33,660 nt of DNA from Clostridiaceae bacterium. GTDB taxonomy: Bacteria > Bacillota > Clostridia > CAYPLH01 > DUMO01. The DNA lies in NCBI GenBank assembly GCA_012839865.1, contig DUMO01000069.1, positions 1 to 33,660 of the forward strand. Reading direction: 5' to 3'. Position 1 is the first letter of the stretch. Each line of letters opens with the position of its first letter. The position numbers and the translations under genes are program-made. The notes beneath the pieces were generated by a model. It was not told where the DNA came from. It saw nothing but the letters and a program-made list of their open reading frames with translations, and did not search any database. Of the stretch, positions 8,352 to 18,047 are shown piece by piece.

Positions 8352-9575
8352 TCAATTAGGCCACTTACCGGTTGAAGATTTGCTATATAATACTTCAACC
8401 AGAAAAGATGCCATTGTTTTTACACCGAACGCCAGGCAGTCTTCTTCAATATCAAACCCAGGTGTATGATTCCATGCTTTTATCCCTTTTTCCAAATTCG
8501 CTGAACCCAAAAAGAAAAACAATCCGGAAAGCTCGTTTTGAAAGCAGGCAAAATCATCTATCCCATGGGGAGGTACTTCCTCCAGGATAGGGATTACATT
8601 GTCGCCAATCAGTTCCCTCAATATCAGTTCTGCTTCTTTGCATTCGGTTTCATCATTGTATACCGGCGGAATTGATTTTACATAATTGACCGTTACATCA
8701 GACTTTGATTGTTTTATATACTCATCAATAATTCCCGCCAGTTCATTTCTGATTTCATCCCGGTATTCCTGCATGGCATATCTGAACTGGGCTTGAATCC
8801 TAATTTCACCGGTCTCATCGTTTCCCTCTTTTTTCAGGATTTTAAAATCGATTATTTTATGGATATCCCTTTCAGCTTGTTTTATATTATAATTGTTAAT
8901 TCTGCTGATCTTGTATATGAAACGCTCCTGTTCCGCCCAGGAGTTGAACTTTGGTTTTACAGCCTTAATATTGATATCCAATCTGTCAAGTCCAAAGAGA
9001 GCAGTCCCATAATGTATGTTTACCGCACCGGACTCCATATAGCTCTGATCAGCCCCCAGGCTGCCCTGGTGCAGGCCATAAATTGCAATTGGGCGGGGGT
9101 TTTCCAAAACACCGTCTTTAATCATTCTCATGGCACCTTCCGTGCCCTCTTCAAAGGGCTGGAAGATAAACTTGACAGTGCCGCATAAATCATCTTTAAC
9201 TGACGACAGAGTCTCAGCCATGCCTAATGCAATTGCTGTATGGGCATCGTGTCCGCATGCATGCATCACACCTTTAATTCGCGATTTATATGGTTTGTCA
9301 TTTTCTTCCTGTATGGCACAAGCATCCATATCGGCACGCCATGCTATTGTTGCTCCCAGCTTTCCACCTTTTAATATCCCGACAACCCCATAGCCACCTA
9401 TATTGGTCCGGACATCCAGCCCCAACGCCTCAAGCCTTTCTGCCACAAGGCGGCTGGTTTCCTTTTCCTCGCCCGGCAACTCGGGATACATATGAAGATG
9501 CCTGCGGGTGTTTATAACATCATCTTTAATTTCTTCCACTTTTTCAGCTATTGCCATATGGATATTTTTGTTCAT
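8352..9575 (-). CDS. M20 family (Acy1-like) amidohydrolase with a divergent dimerisation domain
   Basis: RRHLHMYPELPGEE, WRADMDA, MHACGHDAH, FQPFEEG, C-terminal HTPGFDIEE; likely start MNKN at 9575. Confidence 0.85.
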   Translation of the reverse strand: MNKNIHMAIAEKVEEIKDDVINTRRHLHMYPELPGEEKETSRLVAERLEALGLDVRTNIGGYGVVGILKGGKLGATIAWRADMDACAIQEENDKPYKSRIKGVMHACGHDAHTAIALGMAETLSSVKDDLCGTVKFIFQPFEEGTEGAMRMIKDGVLENPRPIAIYGLHQGSLGADQSYMESGAVNIHYGTALFGLDRLDINIKAVKPKFNSWAEQERFIYKISRINNYNIKQAERDIHKIIDFKILKKEGNDETGEIRIQAQFRYAMQEYRDEIRNELAGIIDEYIKQSKSDVTVNYVKSIPPVYNDETECKEAELILRELIGDNVIPILEEVPPHGIDDFACFQNELSGLFFFLGSANLEKGIKAWNHTPGFDIEEDCLAFGVKTMASFLVEVLYSKSSTGKWPN

Positions 9576-9674
9576 GCCGTACACCGCCAAAAACAGATTT
9601 TGAAAATCCCTGGAGCAAAATATATAAAATTCCTTAGATTTCAATTGTTTTAATTATATAACTTGCAAATACTT

Positions 9675-9884
9675 TTATAAATACTTAAAATCCAATTTGC
9701 TGTTAACATAAGGTACAATCTCATTCACATCAACAATTATTTGCTCCATGGTATCCCTGTCCCTTATTGTGACTGTATTTTTTTCAAGAGTGTTATCATC
9801 AATCGTGACTGCAAAGGGTGTTCCGATAGCATCTCCCCTTCTGTACCTTCTCCCTATACTGCCTGACTCATCATATGAAACCAT
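9675..9884 (-). pseudogene. glyQS: Isolated anticodon-binding (HGTP) C-terminus of a dimeric glycyl-tRNA synthetase
   Basis: [39 protein letters not shown]; in-frame stop directly upstream and no catalytic domain. Confidence 0.85.
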
Positions 9885-9953
9885 TCAATTTTTACTTCAA
9901 TTTATCACTAAACTACCAGATCACCATTAATATTTAGTTTCATGATTAGCTGT

Positions 9954-10012
9954 GGAATATAATTTCTTCCTTTTGGAATTGTATTGAATTTTATTCCGTA
10001 ATGGTGTATTAT
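9954..10012 (+). promoter_or_regulatory. SigA-type promoter TTGAAT-N17-TATTAT overlapped by a candidate operator pair
   Basis: -35 at 9984-9989, -10 at 10007-10012; GGAATATAATTTC (9954-9966) and GAATTTTATTCC (9986-9997) are near reverse complements. Confidence 0.45.
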
Positions 10013-10077
10013 TTGATTGTACAATTACCAGTTTATGTTCATTAATCGAACTAACTGCAATCTCAGGAGGCTATATT

Positions 10078-10974
10078 ATGTTTGCAAATCCATACGAAAG
10101 CTTGAAGCACAAAAACGAAGAATGGTTGAGAGCAAATTTCCACACCCACGCCGGTACCGGACCGAACACTTGCGGTGCCAATGAAATTGATGATGTGATT
10201 TCCGCTTACAAAGATGCCAAATACGATGTTCTGACAATATCAAACCATGATATCTATACCGATGTCAGCGAATATCAGGAAAAGTACGACATGATCCTCA
10301 TAAACGGCTACGAATACAGCAACCATCCCCACATGCTCTGTATTGGAAATAAAACCGCAGTGGAAGGCGCTCACAAGTTTGCAGTGAACGAATGCCTGAA
10401 AGAGGGCGGTTTCGTCATTCTTTGCCATCCAAACTGGCAGAGAAAAGAATACTGGCCCTGGAAAGACCTTTTAGCTATGAAGGGTTACACAGGAATTGAA
10501 ATATTTAATGGAGTAATTTTCAGATTAAACGGTTCCGGACTTGCGACAGATACATGGGACTTTTTGCTTTCCCAGGGGAAACTTGTTTGGGGATTTGGAA
10601 GCGATGATTTTCACAGGTGGCATGACCTGGCCAGATCATGGAACATGATATATGCAGAAAAGAAACATGAAAGCGTAAGAAAATCCATTGATGCAGGAAG
10701 CTTTTATGTATCCACAGGACTAATCTTGCATGAATTCGCATTCAAAAACGGTACTATACGAATGTCTGCCACATCCAAGGACAACTATGTCAAGGAAAAC
10801 AAATATTTATTCATAGGCAAAGACGGTAAAATTCTTAAGGAAGTGACCGGTGAATTCGGAGAATACAAATTGGAAGGCAATGAGTTGTATGTAAGGGCAC
10901 AGGTAATCAGCGAGCATGGCGCAATGCTCTGGACACAGCCCGTATACGATGAATCAAAATTTAAAAGACCATAG
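10078..10974 (+). CDS. PHP-domain metallohydrolase (CehA/McbA-like)
   Basis: NFHTH, ISNHD, NGYEY..HPH, ILCHP, GIEIFN, GSDDFH metal motifs; GGAGG RBS. Confidence 0.85.
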   Translation: MFANPYESLKHKNEEWLRANFHTHAGTGPNTCGANEIDDVISAYKDAKYDVLTISNHDIYTDVSEYQEKYDMILINGYEYSNHPHMLCIGNKTAVEGAHKFAVNECLKEGGFVILCHPNWQRKEYWPWKDLLAMKGYTGIEIFNGVIFRLNGSGLATDTWDFLLSQGKLVWGFGSDDFHRWHDLARSWNMIYAEKKHESVRKSIDAGSFYVSTGLILHEFAFKNGTIRMSATSKDNYVKENKYLFIGKDGKILKEVTGEFGEYKLEGNELYVRAQVISEHGAMLWTQPVYDESKFKRP

Positions 10975-10982
10975 GTGGTTAT

Positions 10983-11828
10983 ATGGAAAAAAACAGTCTG
11001 TTGATAATGAGAAGCCTTTACCCATCCATGCATGAATCTGAAAGAAAAATTGCAGATTTTATCATGAAGCAGCCTGAGTTGGCGGTTAATATGACCGTTG
11101 CCCAGTTGTCCGGAAAAGCCGGTGTAGCCGATTCAAGCATCATAAGGTTTTGCCGGAAGCTTGGCTTCAACGGGTTTACCGAGCTAAAGATTAATATTGC
11201 AAAGAACCTGAAAAAGCCGGAAGAATTAATTCTTGAAAACATAAGCAGAGAGGACAGCTATCCGGCAATTGCATCAAAAGTTTTTGCATTAAGCATTCAG
11301 GCCCTTGAAGACAGCCTTAAGGTTCTTGACCCAAATGAATTGTCAAAGGCTGTTGAACTTTTATTAAATGCCAGGAGGATTGAGTTTTATGGCGTAGGAA
11401 CTTCAGCAACCCTGGCCATGGATGCGTACTATCGTTTTATGCGAATAGGGCTGAACACCTATGCTGCAACCGACCCTCATATCTGCAGGATTTCTGCAAG
11501 CAAGCTGGATTCAGGATGCGTTGCTGTAGGAATTTCTCATACCGGCCGTACCAGGGATACGGTAAGAGCAATTGAAATTGCAAAGGAGAGAGAAGCAAAA
11601 ACAATATGCATAACAAGCTATCTGGAAAGCCCCATTGCTAAACTGGCTGACAGCCTCCTATTGACCTCCACCTCGGAAGCCCGGTTCATGAAAGAGGCTG
11701 TATCAGCCCGTATCGCGCAGATAGCGCTTTTGGACAGCCTTTATACTTGTGTGGCTGTACGAAGGTATGATTCCGTTGTGGAAAACATAGAACAGATGAC
11801 AGAAATACTTAATGAAACGAGGCTCTGA
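10983..11828 (+). CDS. MurR/RpiR family transcriptional regulator
   Basis: N-terminal HTH (SERKIADFI..SSIIRFCRKLGFNGFTELK) and SIS domain (FYGVGTS, ISHTGRT). Confidence 0.95.
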   Translation: MEKNSLLIMRSLYPSMHESERKIADFIMKQPELAVNMTVAQLSGKAGVADSSIIRFCRKLGFNGFTELKINIAKNLKKPEELILENISREDSYPAIASKVFALSIQALEDSLKVLDPNELSKAVELLLNARRIEFYGVGTSATLAMDAYYRFMRIGLNTYAATDPHICRISASKLDSGCVAVGISHTGRTRDTVRAIEIAKEREAKTICITSYLESPIAKLADSLLLTSTSEARFMKEAVSARIAQIALLDSLYTCVAVRRYDSVVENIEQMTEILNETRL

Positions 11829-11831
11829 CAA

Positions 11832-12716
11832 ATGACTGAATTTAAGGACCTGGCTTATCTAATCGATATGGATGGTACTATTTACCGCGGTTCTGTACCG
11901 ATACCCCATGCAAGAGAATTCATCCGGTATCTTCAGCAAAACCGGCGTAAATTCCTTCTTGTGACAAACTGCCCCGGGAATTCCACCAATGCTCTTGTTG
12001 AGAAAGTACGCAATATGGGGATTCACATAGGTTGCAACGATATCATAAGCTCCGGGGATGCCACAGCAGAATTCCTTTGCACAAGTCCCTATAAAAGAAT
12101 CTACCTTATTGGCAGCGACGCTTTGAAGGATAAATTGGTCAAAAAAGGAATCAATGTTGTAACCGAGGATGCGGATTGTGTAGTAGTAGGCTATGACCTT
12201 TCATTCAATTATAAAAAAATGAAGGAGGCTGCACAGTTCATCTTAAACGGAGCCGGTTTTGTCTGTACAAACTATGATTTAACCATACCTGACGGGGACA
12301 GGGTGGTTCCCCATACCGGTTCAATAGCAGCCAGCATTGAAGCCGCAACAGGAGTAAAACCTGTATATATGGGCAAGCCCGAGTATTACTTGCTGGAGGC
12401 GGTAATAAAAAGGCTCAACTGCAGCAGGGACAAGTGCTGCACCGTCGGAGACAGGCTGGATACCGACATTTATTTTGGAATCAGGCAGAATATCAAATCT
12501 TTTCTCGTACTGACAGGAGTTACAACCCGGGAGATGCTCAGGCACAGCAAAATCCAGCCCACAAGAGCTTTTGAAAATTTGCTTGATATCTTATCCTATT
12601 ACTCCCTTTTTTCTATATATATTCGCTGCTGCATACCTGCCCCCTGCTTCTCATTTTGTCTTGAAACAAAAACAAACCTACTCAATCATTATTGTCTCCC
12701 CATAGATTTTGAATAA
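11832..12716 (+). CDS. HAD-IIA (NagD-like) phosphatase with a probable non-native C-terminal run-on
   Basis: IDMDGTIY, VTN, GKP, VGDRLDTDI, VLTGVT; about 40 extra residues after FENLLDIL. Confidence 0.9.
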   Translation: MTEFKDLAYLIDMDGTIYRGSVPIPHAREFIRYLQQNRRKFLLVTNCPGNSTNALVEKVRNMGIHIGCNDIISSGDATAEFLCTSPYKRIYLIGSDALKDKLVKKGINVVTEDADCVVVGYDLSFNYKKMKEAAQFILNGAGFVCTNYDLTIPDGDRVVPHTGSIAASIEAATGVKPVYMGKPEYYLLEAVIKRLNCSRDKCCTVGDRLDTDIYFGIRQNIKSFLVLTGVTTREMLRHSKIQPTRAFENLLDILSYYSLFSIYIRCCIPAPCFSFCLETKTNLLNHYCLPIDFE

Positions 12717-12799
12717 ACAAATATGTCATCCCTTTTAGTCCAAACAAATAATATATTTTATGTCAGGATAAGCTTTCATACTTTGCTTTTTATTCAACG

Positions 12800-13480
12800 T
12801 TATACTATACCCAATACCCTGGCCAACTCTTTGCGGTTGATATTTTTGCCTATTGCAATGCCAATATCAAGTATCCTCTCCCTTGCCTCTTCACAGCTTA
12901 GGCCGGTATTATTCTGCATCCATTCCCGGGGAGCCCAGTTTTCTACTTTATCGTATACATTTGAAGCCCAACCGTAAGGTTTGCCATATTTATCAGTTTT
13001 TCGCCTGTTTCCTGCAACAGTAATATAAAAATGCTTCTGCAGCTCCTGAATGGCTTTGTCGACTTTACTGCCGCCTTTTTTTAATGTGACTCCCATCTCT
13101 CTTCTTATTTCACTGGTATTCAGCATGGTTTTTCTTTCAAAAAGCTGCCATAATTGCCAGACAGTCTGGCTTACGCATCCAGACTCCCTTCTTTCCTCCA
13201 TAGATTCCTCCGGGTGAAACGCCGTAAAAAAAATTGAGTACATCCGTGGCGATATAAACCCCTTATGTCCTCCAAGTATGCATCCAAACGCCAGCTGTTT
13301 TTCCTCTGCAACTCTATCCTTCCAGCACCAGGGGTCAGTTTCAGGGTCACCGGAATGCCAGCAGCCCTTGGGTGTCTCACCTGAAAGAGATGGAAAACCG
13401 GTAAGAATATCTGACAATGCCATAAATCCAAGCTCATTGACCCTATTTACAAAATCCTCGTATTTTCTCAATTGAATCAT
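12800..13480 (-). CDS. AlkZ-related winged-helix protein
   Basis: GFMALS..WHSGDPETDPWCWKD..G.ILGGHKGFIS..Y..F pattern; likely start MIQL at 13480 (13489 also possible). Confidence 0.65.
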   Translation of the reverse strand: MIQLRKYEDFVNRVNELGFMALSDILTGFPSLSGETPKGCWHSGDPETDPWCWKDRVAEEKQLAFGCILGGHKGFISPRMYSIFFTAFHPEESMEERRESGCVSQTVWQLWQLFERKTMLNTSEIRREMGVTLKKGGSKVDKAIQELQKHFYITVAGNRRKTDKYGKPYGWASNVYDKVENWAPREWMQNNTGLSCEEARERILDIGIAIGKNINRKELARVLGIV

Positions 13481-13955
13481 TGATTTCATCCTTTCAAAGT
13501 CAATTTTTCAGCCGATAGGACTTACATAAGCCGGTCCAGGTAAGCAATTCCCACATGTCAATTTAATACCGTGATTGTCAGTTCCACATTTGCCATGGTT
13601 TCGGCCTCTATTCTTTTAAAGACTGTAATGTTTCTTTTCTTATTTCTATCATTACATTATCTTATAAAATCAAAACAAAAACAACATTAACCTTCAAAAA
13701 TCTGTATACAAACACTTAGTTCAAGTGGAGTGCTAAATCAAAAATACTATCAATTCCATTACACCCGGAAAACCCTTGAATAAATTATTTCATGTTAGGT
13801 AACCATAGATATTGCATTAGAAAAGCAATTTATGTAACTTCACTGTATCTGCCTGCTGAATATATATTGCGAAAAACACAGCTAACTGCTGATAAATTCA
13901 CCTTTGAAGCTAATATGAAGATATAAACACAATTACGATAGGAGAAATCATATAG

Positions 13956-15476
13956 ATGAAGTCCGGTAGTTTTAAAAATAACAGTAAACAGAATTATAAT
14001 GAAGAAGTTGACTTTACGGATAAAGAAGTATCTACTGAAAATATTAAGAGCATATTATCCGACTGCAGCGATATTATTTATCAGGAGCATTATATAAATG
14101 GCTGTCCCAATCTACCGGTTACTGTTGTCTTTGTCGACGGTTTGGTAAATACAAAGATAGTTAATGACGATGTTCTAAAGCCTTTGTCCCAGGAAAAAGT
14201 ACTGGAAGAGGCCAGGGATTTCAACAGTATTATAGACCTTATAGAGCATGGTACGGTATATCACGCCACACGCAAACTCCGGACAAATCTGGGAGATACA
14301 CTTTCAGACATATTATCAGGCTCAGTTGCTTTAATATTTGACAGTGTGAAAAAAGCAATCACATTTGATATTAAAGAGTTTGAAAAAAGAACTATCAGCG
14401 AACCGCAAACCGAGAGTGCCCTGAAGGGAGCGAAGGATTCTTTTATTGAAGTCCTCCGGGTAAATACGTCATTGGTGCGCCGAAAAATACATACACCTTA
14501 TTTACGCATAAAGGAAACCTTTGTCGGGTATCAAACAAAAACACCTATTGCAGTTATCTATATAGAAAACCTGACAAATAAAAAAATTGTGGAAGAAGTT
14601 TTTAAGCGTCTGGACAGCATAAAAATTGACGGAGCAACAACTGCCGGAAGCATAGAAGAATATCTAATAGACAATAAGCTCACTATATTCCCTTTAGTTT
14701 TGAACACTGAAAGAACCGACAAATTTTGTCATAACATCCTGGAAGGAAGAGTAGGATTGCTGATTGACGGTCTGCCCACAGCTTATATAATTCCGGCAAC
14801 TCTGAACATGTTTTTTCAGGCTCCGGAAGACTATGCCCAGAACTTTATTATAAGCTCCTTTCTCAGGTCTTTACGGTTTGTAAATGCAATGGTTACATTG
14901 ATTTTCCCTGCATTTTACATATCAATAACGACATTCCACCAGGAAATGATACCTACTGTACTAGCCATATCCATAATCAGGAGTAAGGAGGAGGTGCCTT
15001 TCCCCACATCCACTTCCATATTTTTTATGTTGCTGGCATTTGAAGTATTGGTTGAAGCTGGATTTCGACTGCCAAAAACAATCGGACAGACCATTTCAAT
15101 CATAGGAGCTTTGGTAGTGGGGCAGGCTGCTGTACAGGCTAAAATTATATCACCTACTGCAGTAGTCGTTATTGCTATTTCAGGTATGGCGGGTTTTACC
15201 ATGCCGAATCAGGATTTTTCAAATGCTCTTCGGATTTTCAGACTGCTGTTTTTAGTTTTCGCAACCATTGCCGGCCTGTATGGACTATCTTTAGGTGTAT
15301 TGCTGCTTATACATCATCTAAGCTCACTGGAAACTTACGGCGTGCCATATTTTACTCCCTTTGCAGCTAATGAAGGACAGGATATAGCACATGATACCAT
15401 CATCCGGGTACCGTTGCACTATATGAGAAAACGACCGTCAAGTCTCAAGACATTAAATAAAAAACGTCAGCAATAG
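13956..15476 (+). CDS. gerKA: Spore germination receptor A subunit (GerKA/GerA family)
   Basis: RTISEPQTE..LKGAKDSFIE, TERTD..LEGR, REEVPFP..EAG.RLP..IGQ.I.I.GALVVGQAAVQA. Confidence 0.95.
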   Translation: MKSGSFKNNSKQNYNEEVDFTDKEVSTENIKSILSDCSDIIYQEHYINGCPNLPVTVVFVDGLVNTKIVNDDVLKPLSQEKVLEEARDFNSIIDLIEHGTVYHATRKLRTNLGDTLSDILSGSVALIFDSVKKAITFDIKEFEKRTISEPQTESALKGAKDSFIEVLRVNTSLVRRKIHTPYLRIKETFVGYQTKTPIAVIYIENLTNKKIVEEVFKRLDSIKIDGATTAGSIEEYLIDNKLTIFPLVLNTERTDKFCHNILEGRVGLLIDGLPTAYIIPATLNMFFQAPEDYAQNFIISSFLRSLRFVNAMVTLIFPAFYISITTFHQEMIPTVLAISIIRSKEEVPFPTSTSIFFMLLAFEVLVEAGFRLPKTIGQTISIIGALVVGQAAVQAKIISPTAVVVIAISGMAGFTMPNQDFSNALRIFRLLFLVFATIAGLYGLSLGVLLLIHHLSSLETYGVPYFTPFAANEGQDIAHDTIIRVPLHYMRKRPSSLKTLNKKRQQ

Positions 15477-15484
15477 GTGATGAT

Positions 15485-16702
15485 ATGAGAAAAACAATCT
15501 TTGGTGCAATACTTATCCTTTTACTTGTGAATTTTACAGCATGTAAAAAAAGCTTCCTGCCTGAAAGGAAAGAAATAAATGAATTGCAGTTGGTTCAAGT
15601 TATTGGAATTGATAAAGTGGCAGATGGCCCTAATGACTGTATGGTAACTGTAGCAAGCAAGAATCTTGAAGCAGGAAAAGGGCAGGATAACTCAGAAAGC
15701 ATGGGAGTTAACACTGGCAGCCAAAAAGCACAGGCTTTGGTTTTATCTGCGAGAGGGGAAACCCTTTTCGATGCTGCCAGAAATATTCAAACCCACAGCA
15801 ACAAATCAATTTTTTGGGGCCATACCGAATATTTCCTTATAGGAGAGGAAGCTGCAAGAGATAATATCTCTAAATATATTGACTTTTTCACACGGGATCA
15901 TGAAATGCGCATTGAGTCCAAAATATATGTAGTAAAAGGCTCAACTGCCAAAGATTTAATCGAGCAGTTCAATCAATCAAGCTACTATATTCTTGATAAA
16001 CTGGATAGCCTGGGTAATAATCTCAGACTGCTGAGTAACTCTCAGGAAATGAAAATTCATGAATTAATCCGGTTTATTGATATACATCATGCATCTGCCC
16101 GTGTCCCCTGCATATATTTAACAGATCGTGAGGGTGATAACGGAAAGAAAGTAAAGGATATAGAAAGTTGCGGTTATGCAATATTCAGCGAACTTAAACT
16201 GGCAGGTTATTTAAACCCGGACATATCACGGGGTTTAAATCTTATCACCAATACCATCTGGTCATCTATTGTCAACGTTAAAGACTTAACAGGCCAGGAT
16301 GCATCTCTTGAAATTATCGAGTGCAATACTGAAATTATACCATACTTTAACGGTGATAATCTTGAAAGAGTTCTCCTGAAAACAAAAGTTAAAAGCAATT
16401 TAGGCGAAATACAGTCCCAGACAGATTTTACAGATAAGGAAACTATTTCATATATGGAATCCCAACAATCAGAGATACTGAAAAAAGAGATGGAAGCCGT
16501 TCTTGAAAAAGTCCTGGAGTCCAAATCCGATTGTCTTGGGATTTGTGATGGAATAAGACTCAAAAAACCTCTAAAATGGCGCAAAATTGAAGATCAATGG
16601 ATGGAAGTCTTTCCTAAAATCAAGTTTGACATACAGGTTGATTCAAGAATTCAGAGAACTTATGAGATGAGACAACCCAGTGGATATAAAAGGCAGGATT
16701 AA
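15485..16702 (+). CDS. gerKC: Ger(x)C family germination lipoprotein
   Basis: Lipobox FTAC, EINELQLVQVIGIDK, FWGHTEYFLIGEEAAR, DFFTRDHEMR. Confidence 0.9.
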   Translation: MRKTIFGAILILLLVNFTACKKSFLPERKEINELQLVQVIGIDKVADGPNDCMVTVASKNLEAGKGQDNSESMGVNTGSQKAQALVLSARGETLFDAARNIQTHSNKSIFWGHTEYFLIGEEAARDNISKYIDFFTRDHEMRIESKIYVVKGSTAKDLIEQFNQSSYYILDKLDSLGNNLRLLSNSQEMKIHELIRFIDIHHASARVPCIYLTDREGDNGKKVKDIESCGYAIFSELKLAGYLNPDISRGLNLITNTIWSSIVNVKDLTGQDASLEIIECNTEIIPYFNGDNLERVLLKTKVKSNLGEIQSQTDFTDKETISYMESQQSEILKKEMEAVLEKVLESKSDCLGICDGIRLKKPLKWRKIEDQWMEVFPKIKFDIQVDSRIQRTYEMRQPSGYKRQD

Positions 16703-16704
16703 GC

Positions 16705-16905
16705 ATGATTTACCTGGTATTAGTTATCGTAATAGTAAGTATAAGTGATATTAAATATTTGATATCCAAGAACAAGAAGAGGGATTTATTTGTATATGTG
16801 GCCATTATGTTACTGGTTGGCGCATTAGGCATCTTTTACTTTTCAAACCCGGAACGGGATTCCTTTGCAAAAATAGTGCTTTCATTAATAGGAAAGGAAG
16901 GCTGA
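16705..16905 (+). CDS. Small two-TM membrane protein inside the ger operon (GerKD-like 'D' protein)
   Basis: 66 aa, two hydrophobic segments, tightly coupled between the C and B subunit genes. Confidence 0.7.
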   Translation: MIYLVLVIVIVSISDIKYLISKNKKRDLFVYVAIMLLVGALGIFYFSNPERDSFAKIVLSLIGKEG

Positions 16906-16910
16906 TTTAA

Positions 16911-17999
16911 TTGTTGTCTTCAAGAGAGAAAATTTCTGTTCGCCAGGTTACCATACTTTTTCTTCTGTTTGTATACTCCATATCAATACGAATATTTCCC
17001 ACATATGCGGCAAAAACTGCGGAACGGGCCGGGTGGCTGACACCTGTCGTTGCCATGTTGCCATTTATCTGCCTTATATATACCAATCAGGCATTATTTA
17101 AGATTAAAAAAAATGTAAACCTCTCAGATATAATTATCAAGGTCTTTGGTAAAATCATCGGAACAATAATTTTAACAGTGTATCTTATATGGACGTTGCT
17201 TTTGCTGGGAATAGTTTTGAGGTATTTTTCAGAAAGATTTTTGTCATCAATACTTCCAAACACGCCGATGAACTTCCTTTCCGTGACTATCATGGCAGCT
17301 GTTTTCTATACTTTGCGACATGGAATTGTATACATTGTCAGAACTGCAGAATTCTTTTTTTTAATCATTGTGGTTGTATATATAAGTGTTTTTTTATTTA
17401 TTATACCAAATATCGAAGTTATAAACCTGTTTCCTGTAACTCATTATGATGTTTGGCCATTAATGAAAGCATCCGTTTCTATTTTAGGCGTATGGAGCAT
17501 GTTTACACTTTTTTTCTTCTTTGGAGACAAAATAAATGACAAAGAGCATATCAAAAGGTTTGGAATGCATTGCACATTATACCTGGTAATTGCGTCACTG
17601 ATGCTGCTGATAGAAACAATCGGTGTATACGGCTATTCGGTTATGGAACGTGTTTCCCTACCATACATCTTTGCAATAAAAAGCATATCCATATTGGAAA
17701 CTATTGAACGCATAGAATCTGTCGCCCTGGCATTCTGGGTTATTGCAGACTATTTAACAATATCTGCTCTGGTATATGTTGCTATAAGCATAATAAAATC
17801 ACTTTTCTCTGTTTCAGAGGAAAAGCCATTTATAAGTTCTGTTTCAATATTTGCATTTGTTTTTTCAAACTTTGTTGCACATAACAGATTTGAACTTGAA
17901 AATTTCACAAACAATATCAGTCTTCCAGGAAATATAATCCTTGGATTTATTTTCCCGCTTGTAATTTTGATTGTTGGGAAGGTAAGAAAGAAGGTATAA
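16911..17999 (+). CDS. gerKB: Spore germination receptor B subunit (GerAB/KB, APC fold)
   Basis: EKISVRQ, AERAGWL, LPNTP, IVRTAE, IERIES; about 10 TM; TTG start after GGAAGG. Confidence 0.9.
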   Translation: MLSSREKISVRQVTILFLLFVYSISIRIFPTYAAKTAERAGWLTPVVAMLPFICLIYTNQALFKIKKNVNLSDIIIKVFGKIIGTIILTVYLIWTLLLLGIVLRYFSERFLSSILPNTPMNFLSVTIMAAVFYTLRHGIVYIVRTAEFFFLIIVVVYISVFLFIIPNIEVINLFPVTHYDVWPLMKASVSILGVWSMFTLFFFFGDKINDKEHIKRFGMHCTLYLVIASLMLLIETIGVYGYSVMERVSLPYIFAIKSISILETIERIESVALAFWVIADYLTISALVYVAISIIKSLFSVSEEKPFISSVSIFAFVFSNFVAHNRFELENFTNNISLPGNIILGFIFPLVILIVGKVRKKV

Positions 18000-18047
18000 T
18001 AAATTGGTTTCTTGAATTTAGAAACCATCCTGCTTTGGCAAGCACTG

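Noticed and set aside
13500..13650. Broken reading MIEIRKETLQ.. resembling a GNAT start
   Set aside because: Multiple stops and no acetyl-CoA motif; cannot be supported
13885..13925. Possible sigG/sigF promoter for the ger operon (GATA..CTAATA)
   Set aside because: Match too degenerate in AT-rich DNA
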